From: Macrostomum lignano
Taxonomy: Eukaryota
NCBI GenBank assembly: GCA_002269645.1
Contig: NIVC01000808.1
Coordinates: 310,001-374,000 of the forward strand
Length of the DNA stretch: 64,000 nt
Reading direction: 5' to 3'
Shown here: positions 58,601 through 64,000 of the stretch, piece after piece
How positions within the stretch are numbered: position 1 is the first letter of the stretch
How the letters are laid out: each line of letters starts with the position of its first letter
Translations under genes and position numbers: made by a program
The notes under the pieces: generated by a model
What the model saw: the letters and a program-made list of their open reading frames with translations, nothing else
Told to the model about the DNA's origin: nothing
Database searches by the model: none

Positions 58601-61211
58601 ATCCCCTCTGTAGCTGGCATCCCCTCTGTAGCTGGCATCTTCTCTGTAGCTGGCATCCTCTCTGTAGCTGGCATCCTCTCTGTAGCTTGCATCCCCTCTG
58701 TAGCTGGCATCCCCTCTGTAGCTGGCATCCTCTCTGTAGCTGGCATCCTCTCTGTAGCTGGCATCCTTTCTGTAGCTGGCATCCCCTCTGTAGCTGGCAT
58801 CCTCTCTGTAGCTGTTGCCCCCTCTGTAGCTGGCATCCCCTCTGTAGCTGGCATCCTTTCTGTAGCTGGCATCCCCTCTGTAGCTGGCATCCTCTCTGTA
58901 GCTGGCATCCTCTCTGTAGCTGGCATCCCCTCTGTAGCTGTTGCCCCCTCTGTAGCTGGCATCCTCTCTGTAGCTGTTGCCCCCTCTGTAGCTGGCATCC
59001 CCTCTGTAGCTGGCATCCTCTCTGTAGCTGGCATCCCCTCTGTAGCTTGCATCCCCTCTGTAGCTGGCATCCCCTCTGTAGCTGGCATCCTCTCTGTAGC
59101 TGGCATCCTCTCTGTAGCTGGCATCCTTTCTGTAGCTGGCATCCCCTCTGTAGCTGGCATCCTCTCTGTAGCTGTTGCCCCCTCTGTAGCTGGCATCCCC
59201 TCTGTAGCTGGCATCCTTTCTGTAGCTGGCATCCCCTCTGTAGCTGGCATCCTCTCTGTAGCTGGCATCCTCTCTGTAGCTGGCATCCCCTCTGTAGCTG
59301 TTGCCCCCTCTGTAGCTGGCATCCCCTCTGTAGCTGTTGCCCCCTCTGTAGCTGGCATCCCCTCTGTAGCTGGCATCCTCTCTGTAGCTGGCATCCCCTC
59401 TGTAGCTGGCATCCTCTCTGTAGCTGGCATCCTCTCTGTAGCTGGCATCCTCTCTGTAGCTGGCATCCTCTCTGTAGCTGGCATCCTCTCTGTAGCTGGC
59501 ATCCTCTCTGTAGCTGGCATCCTCTCTGTAGCTGGCATCCCCTCTGTAGCTGGCATCCTCCCTGTAGCTGGCATCCTCTCTGTAGCTGGCATCCTCTCTG
59601 TAGCTGGCATCCTCTCTGTAGCTGGCATCCCCTCTGTAGCTGTTGCCCCCTCTGTAGCCGGGCCTTTCTTTAGATTTTGGTGTGGCTTTGATCATTCGAC
59701 CTGACCCATATCGGATATCCGAGCTATACGAAGTTAGCTGACGGTCTCTGACTGTTACTAGGCTAGCACCAAGTACAGCCGCGCGGCGTACGGTTGATCC
59801 GCCAGTAACTAAGCGAAAGGGTTCCGGTGCTCAATCCCCTGCTGAGAGGCATGCTTGTTATGAAGGTCTAATGAGAACTGTCCCATCCATCGATCAGCGC
59901 AGGCCTAGAATCCGAGCCTGATCAGCTCATTCACCAGACCACTGTTTCTCAGTCCGCTTCTCGCCTTCACCCCTGTATAGTTGGCTCCAACCAGCCAATC
60001 AACTTAGGGCTTGAGTTCCACACCGGAGCTGACTCCGGCTGGGAGAAAACCGCAAAAAAACAAGTGCTAAGCCAGCTAACAAGTCCAGCTTAAAGTCCAT
60101 TGCTATTCCCCGTCTGCGTCCCCTGAAATTCTTCTATACTCCCACTCTCGACCTTCAGTCGGGCGCCGTCACTCGCGGCCGAGTTAACAGCGGCGGCGAC
60201 CGTTCATCGGCGGCCTCGTCAACGTACGCGCAGAGTCCCATCCTGATGTCCAACAGTCCGTTCGCCAATCCCGGCATGGATTTGGAACGGCTGCAATTCC
60301 AGCACGAGATTGACAGGGCTCGCGACGAGGCCAAGCGAATGCGGGACGCGATGCAGCGTGCCCAGAAAGAGCGGGACGAGGCCCAACAGCAGCTGGAAGC
60401 TGTTCGAGCCCAGCTGCGCGACATCTCAAGCATCGCTGAGCATTCGACTGGTGATCTGAGCCGCTGCTCGCCCGGTGAGCTTGAAGAGCTCAAACAGCGG
60501 CTACACAGCCATCTGCAATCTGTGCAGCAGGTAAATACGAACGTATGATCTGAATAAACTTTCTACATGTATTTACACATTGCTGTAAATCTAATTTACG
60601 TGCGTCTTTCCCAGGTGCAACGCTTGGGATTGGCTTCTGGAATTTTAGGGTTAACTCACTCATTAGCGCGAATCGCTTACGACCCAGACAAAAAACATGA
60701 ATCCATGAAAAAACATGAAATGTGGGTCGAATGCAAAATACCGCTTCGCTTATCTCACTACTGCATACTGCATTGATCCTAATCATCCTCACCAAAACAG
60801 CTGACAATGCAACTGCCTGGAGTTGGCCTGCAACAACAGCAGCCGCAGACGCAGGCGCAGGCTCAACACCAAGAGCCGTTGCAGCCCCCAGAATCCACTG
60901 CAGAACCGGCCGCTGCCGCAGCACAAGCGGCTCCAACGTCAGGCGCTTCTTCTACATCGTCGGACGTCGCGAGCTGCAGCGTCTCGACCGGCGGCTCCAG
61001 CGTGAGCCACGTTGGCAGCGCCGACAGTCTGGGCTTCGTCAGCAGCTTGGCCACGGTGGAGGAGACGTCCGGCGATGTGACGCCGAACCTAGCTGCGCCA
61101 GAAGCCGGTGACCAACAGGGCTCGCAGTTTAGCTTCGCTAGAGACGACCGGGAGGAAGCTGCGGAGGCTGCTGAGGCTGCCGAGACTAAGAAGGATCCGT
61201 CAGTGGAATGA
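49627..61211 (+). CDS. UNK: Unkempt-family CCCH zinc-finger RNA-binding protein, 815 aa. Exons 49627-49826, 50280-50891, 52601-52718, 52907-53213, 54427-54854, 60159-60530, 60801-61211
   Basis: In-phase GT-AG junctions (2448 nt). KPQHLNYLRDFRTQQCPLF, CFHWHFPNQRRRRP, TERRYHLRYFKT, NYKTEQC, RTEQQFHPEIYKSTKCND, CPRGPFCAFAH; six CCCH fingers and a C-terminal coiled coil. The last exon is less certain. Confidence 0.93.
53540..54257 (-). mobile_element. tRNA-derived SINE with a CORE-like central domain, interrupted by a MITE
   Basis: Minus strand GGGGATTGTAGCCTAGTGGTTAGAGCG...GGTTCGATTTT (A and B boxes), then TGTGTC[insert]CTTGAGCAAGGCACTTAACTCTGCATTGCTTCAGTTCACCCAGCTGTAAAATGGG. 3' end approximate. 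Confidence 0.75.
53721..54169. mobile_element. hAT-type MITE (449 bp)
   Basis: TIR TAGGGATTGCAA / TTGCAATCCCTA. 8-bp TSD GACACAAA at 53713-20 and 54170-77. Confidence 0.9.
54884..59660. repeat. 4.8-kb minisatellite, 18-bp unit (TCTGTAGCTGGCATCCCC), ~265 copies, Unkempt intron 5
   Basis: Directly visible; source of the giant MPATEG, YRGDAS and VAGIPS ORFs. Confidence 0.98.
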
Positions 61212-63763
61212 TGGATTGATAGTGGCGGGTTTGTTGTTATTTCACTGCTCGCACTTCGATTAGATCCGTCTTACTCCCCTTCCATTCATGCTTAATCGTC
61301 ATTAAAACATTTTTATTAGTAGTGTGCTCCAAGTACCTGAGCAAATCTCATAAAATTCATTAAACAGGAACTCTTACGAAGCGGCAAAACCTAAATTATT
61401 GTTTGAGTTCCTTTTACTGCTGGTTAAACTACCGAAATGTTATGCGATTTTTAACACGATTGTAAAGCTCATTGGCAAGCATGTCAGGTACAACTAAGAT
61501 GCCTGCTAAAGTTCTACTGCAAGTAAAAATGTTTATACTTTTAGAGATTGTGTTACATTAGTATGAAAGCTACTCGTTCAAAGCGGGGCAATTATTTTGG
61601 AAATTGGCTACTACTAGTAGTCGTCGTGCGCTCGTAGCTGCAAACGCGGGATTTGCCGGAACATTGATTGGATTTTGCACTGTCGTCTTTCACGCCAATA
61701 CATTGCTAAATTGTGACACCAGATTTCTGTTCTAAATAAATCTGATAAATTTCATTTTAGATGTTTTTAATAGCTTTAAAAAGCTTATCTACTATAGTAT
61801 GTATTTTTAAGAAAATTTCCCATTTTTAGCCATATTTAGCAGTTTCTCATACGCAAATTTTTCGAGTTATTGATGTGGCTATGATTATTTTTTATCCGTT
61901 CGCTTTACGGTTTTACGAGTATGTAATGCACGTGAGGGCCGCAATAAGCATAGTTAGCTTTGATAAGCTGTTATTGAATTTCTTCTATCTTAAAAATTAA
62001 TTGCTTTGGATACATCCTGATACAAATTCAATTTTTCCTGTCGAAAAAGCTTCGCACACCTCGATCGAGTCAAATCAGTCTATATAGGCTTTTTGCGTTT
62101 TCATAGTTCATTTTCAAATTGCCACTGCATTGACAAAACTATAATTATATTTTTGTCGTTTAGGTTTATTTAAAATTTTATATTTACTTACACAGTTCCT
62201 TTCGTCTTGCTCTCTGGAGGTGCAGAACCGACATCAACTCTTTTACCATTTATTGTCGGAAAGGCTGATTGACTGTTTAAAGTCTGCAAAAATATTAGTT
62301 TTCTGTTTGTTAAAACTAGTTGTCGTAATTAAATACAAAATTTAAACAATTTTTTAATGATTCTATAATCCCGTTTTTTAGCTTTCATTCCACAGTTTAA
62401 TTAGGCGATTCTCTCCGTGCGCTTTATGCTCTCAAATTGGCTTAGAAATTGTAAAATAAGTTTTTATAAGCTGCATAGGAATTTCATTTGCTATTTTTAT
62501 GTTGAATTTCGCTCATCGCGGTCCAGACAGTGATATACGAGCGTAATTACTAAATGTCTACTTTTTGGTAACTACGCGTAAGTGTTCCCTAGTGGTCACA
62601 GTTGTTCTGATATCTACTGATTGAACGCTGACGTTGTTGCAGTGAATTTGGTGTGGGGTGTCGGGCTCAATGCCACATCGCTTTATCAATATACATGTAG
62701 ATGGCTCATTATATGCATTTAGCTGTATCACGTACCGAGATTATCACTGTCTCACGTGCATTTCGTTTCGTTCTCATTTTTGACCCGCTTTCTCAAAATT
62801 ATAATATGTTCGTTGTCATATAGTGATCTACAGTATATTTTTTATATTTTGTCTTATTGGACTTTAATTACTGTGTAAAACTGAGACAAACTTATAAACT
62901 TTACAGTGCTTTGCGTAGCTATATATCTTGCTCTGAAACTTTTCCAATTCTTAGTAAATTATGAAAACTATCTATTCAATCCGGCTAAAAATAGGAAGTT
63001 GATATTTTCAAAATAAAAGCATCCATTCAAACATTGATGCCTCATATAGTTTTGTCAAATTTCAGCAAACCCACCTCATGAATGTCGATCTCTCACCCCA
63101 ATGCCGGGTGCCGTAGCTAGCTGTTTTCTGAATTCTAACAAGTTCCGTTATAGAAATAATGGATGTTAATATTGTGCATAATATTCTAGACGAATTATGA
63201 ATATCGTAGAAATATGTTCCATTTTAGTCTTTTTGTTAATTTATGAAATGCCATCGCACCTGTAGCTCGTATGCTGCCTGATCACGCCAATATAATTGCT
63301 TATTCAAGATTCATAATTATTATTATGGTTAATTATGCAGTTAACTTTCATAAACTACCGCTTTAAAATATAGTTATTGAAAATTAATACGCACTAATAA
63401 AATTGTATTTTAGTGAACCACTTGTCTGATTGGCAGTTTTGCTGGCTTACTTAACGCGTGAATTTCAGCTACGCCCAATGCTAATCAGCACGATGTCTGC
63501 ATGTTGGATCCTTATTAAAACCACGCATCAACATTGTAATGCACTGATAGCAATGTTATTATAATTATCTGCCATATCCCTTGTGTTTTGCCTGATTCCA
63601 TAACCATATTGCTGAGTTCTAGACTCACTAAATAGAAGTTCGCTTTATTAGTTGCTTTATTTGTAGCTAACACCGAGTTAATGCGCATGGGTATCAGATA
63701 AATTATGACGTCTGTATTTCAAGCTCAAAATTGCCTCCATTTGTCTTGCAACTGTTCTAGTAT

Positions 63764-64000
63764 TTTGTTGACGTGAAATTCTTCATCATCACGTTCGGAG
63801 TAGCTGATCTACATGTAGATGCAAATAAATTTAAATTATTTGTTGACGTGAAATTCATCATCATCACGTTCGGAGTAGCTGATCTACATGTAGATGCAAA
63901 TAAATTTAAATTATTTGTTGACGTGAAATTCATCATCATCACGTTCGGAGTAGCTGATCTACATGTAGATGCAAATAAATTTAAATTATTTGTTGACGTG
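63764..64000. repeat. Tandem repeat, 75-bp unit, running off the window end
   Basis: TGTTGACGTGAAATT recurs at 63766, 63841, 63916 and 63991. Confidence 0.93.

Noticed and set aside
54751-59704. Giant ORFs (1625 aa MPATEG, 1320 aa YRGDAS, 811 aa, etc.)
   Set aside because: Open frames arise on both strands from an 18-bp unit inside a canonical Unkempt intron; they switch frame at single-base indels and have no unique domain.

Overview
Eukaryotic (metazoan) genomic DNA with spliceosomal introns, GC-rich exons and roughly 30% tandem-repeat content. The gene and repeat style is consistent with a flatworm such as Macrostomum; this is inference only. Four genes can be reconstructed with canonical splice sites and intact frames: Nemo-like kinase (8 exons, +), TMEM41A-like VTT protein (5 exons, -), Rho GDP-dissociation inhibitor (2 exons, -) and an Unkempt six-CCCH RNA-binding protein with no visible RING (7 exons, +). 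Also present are a CG12581-type PTB-domain gene (+) and the 3' part of an uncharacterised gene (+), each with one apparent 1-nt homopolymer frameshift; a low-complexity orphan gene; and a tentative hidden minus-strand gene between satellite arrays. Mobile elements: a full-length APE-RT-RNaseH non-LTR retrotransposon (40-41 bp TSD, TAATG-coupled ORFs, one nonsense codon in ORF1) nested in a MITE-like element between the divergent RhoGDI and Unkempt genes; hAT-type MITEs with 8-bp TSDs; a 4-bp-TSD MITE; and tRNA-derived SINEs, one with a CORE-like domain. About 20 distinct mini/microsatellite arrays mostly fill introns. The very long ORFs in the 54.9-59.7 kb array and most other ORF-track entries are repeat artefacts. 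No rRNA, CRISPR or intact tRNA gene was found.
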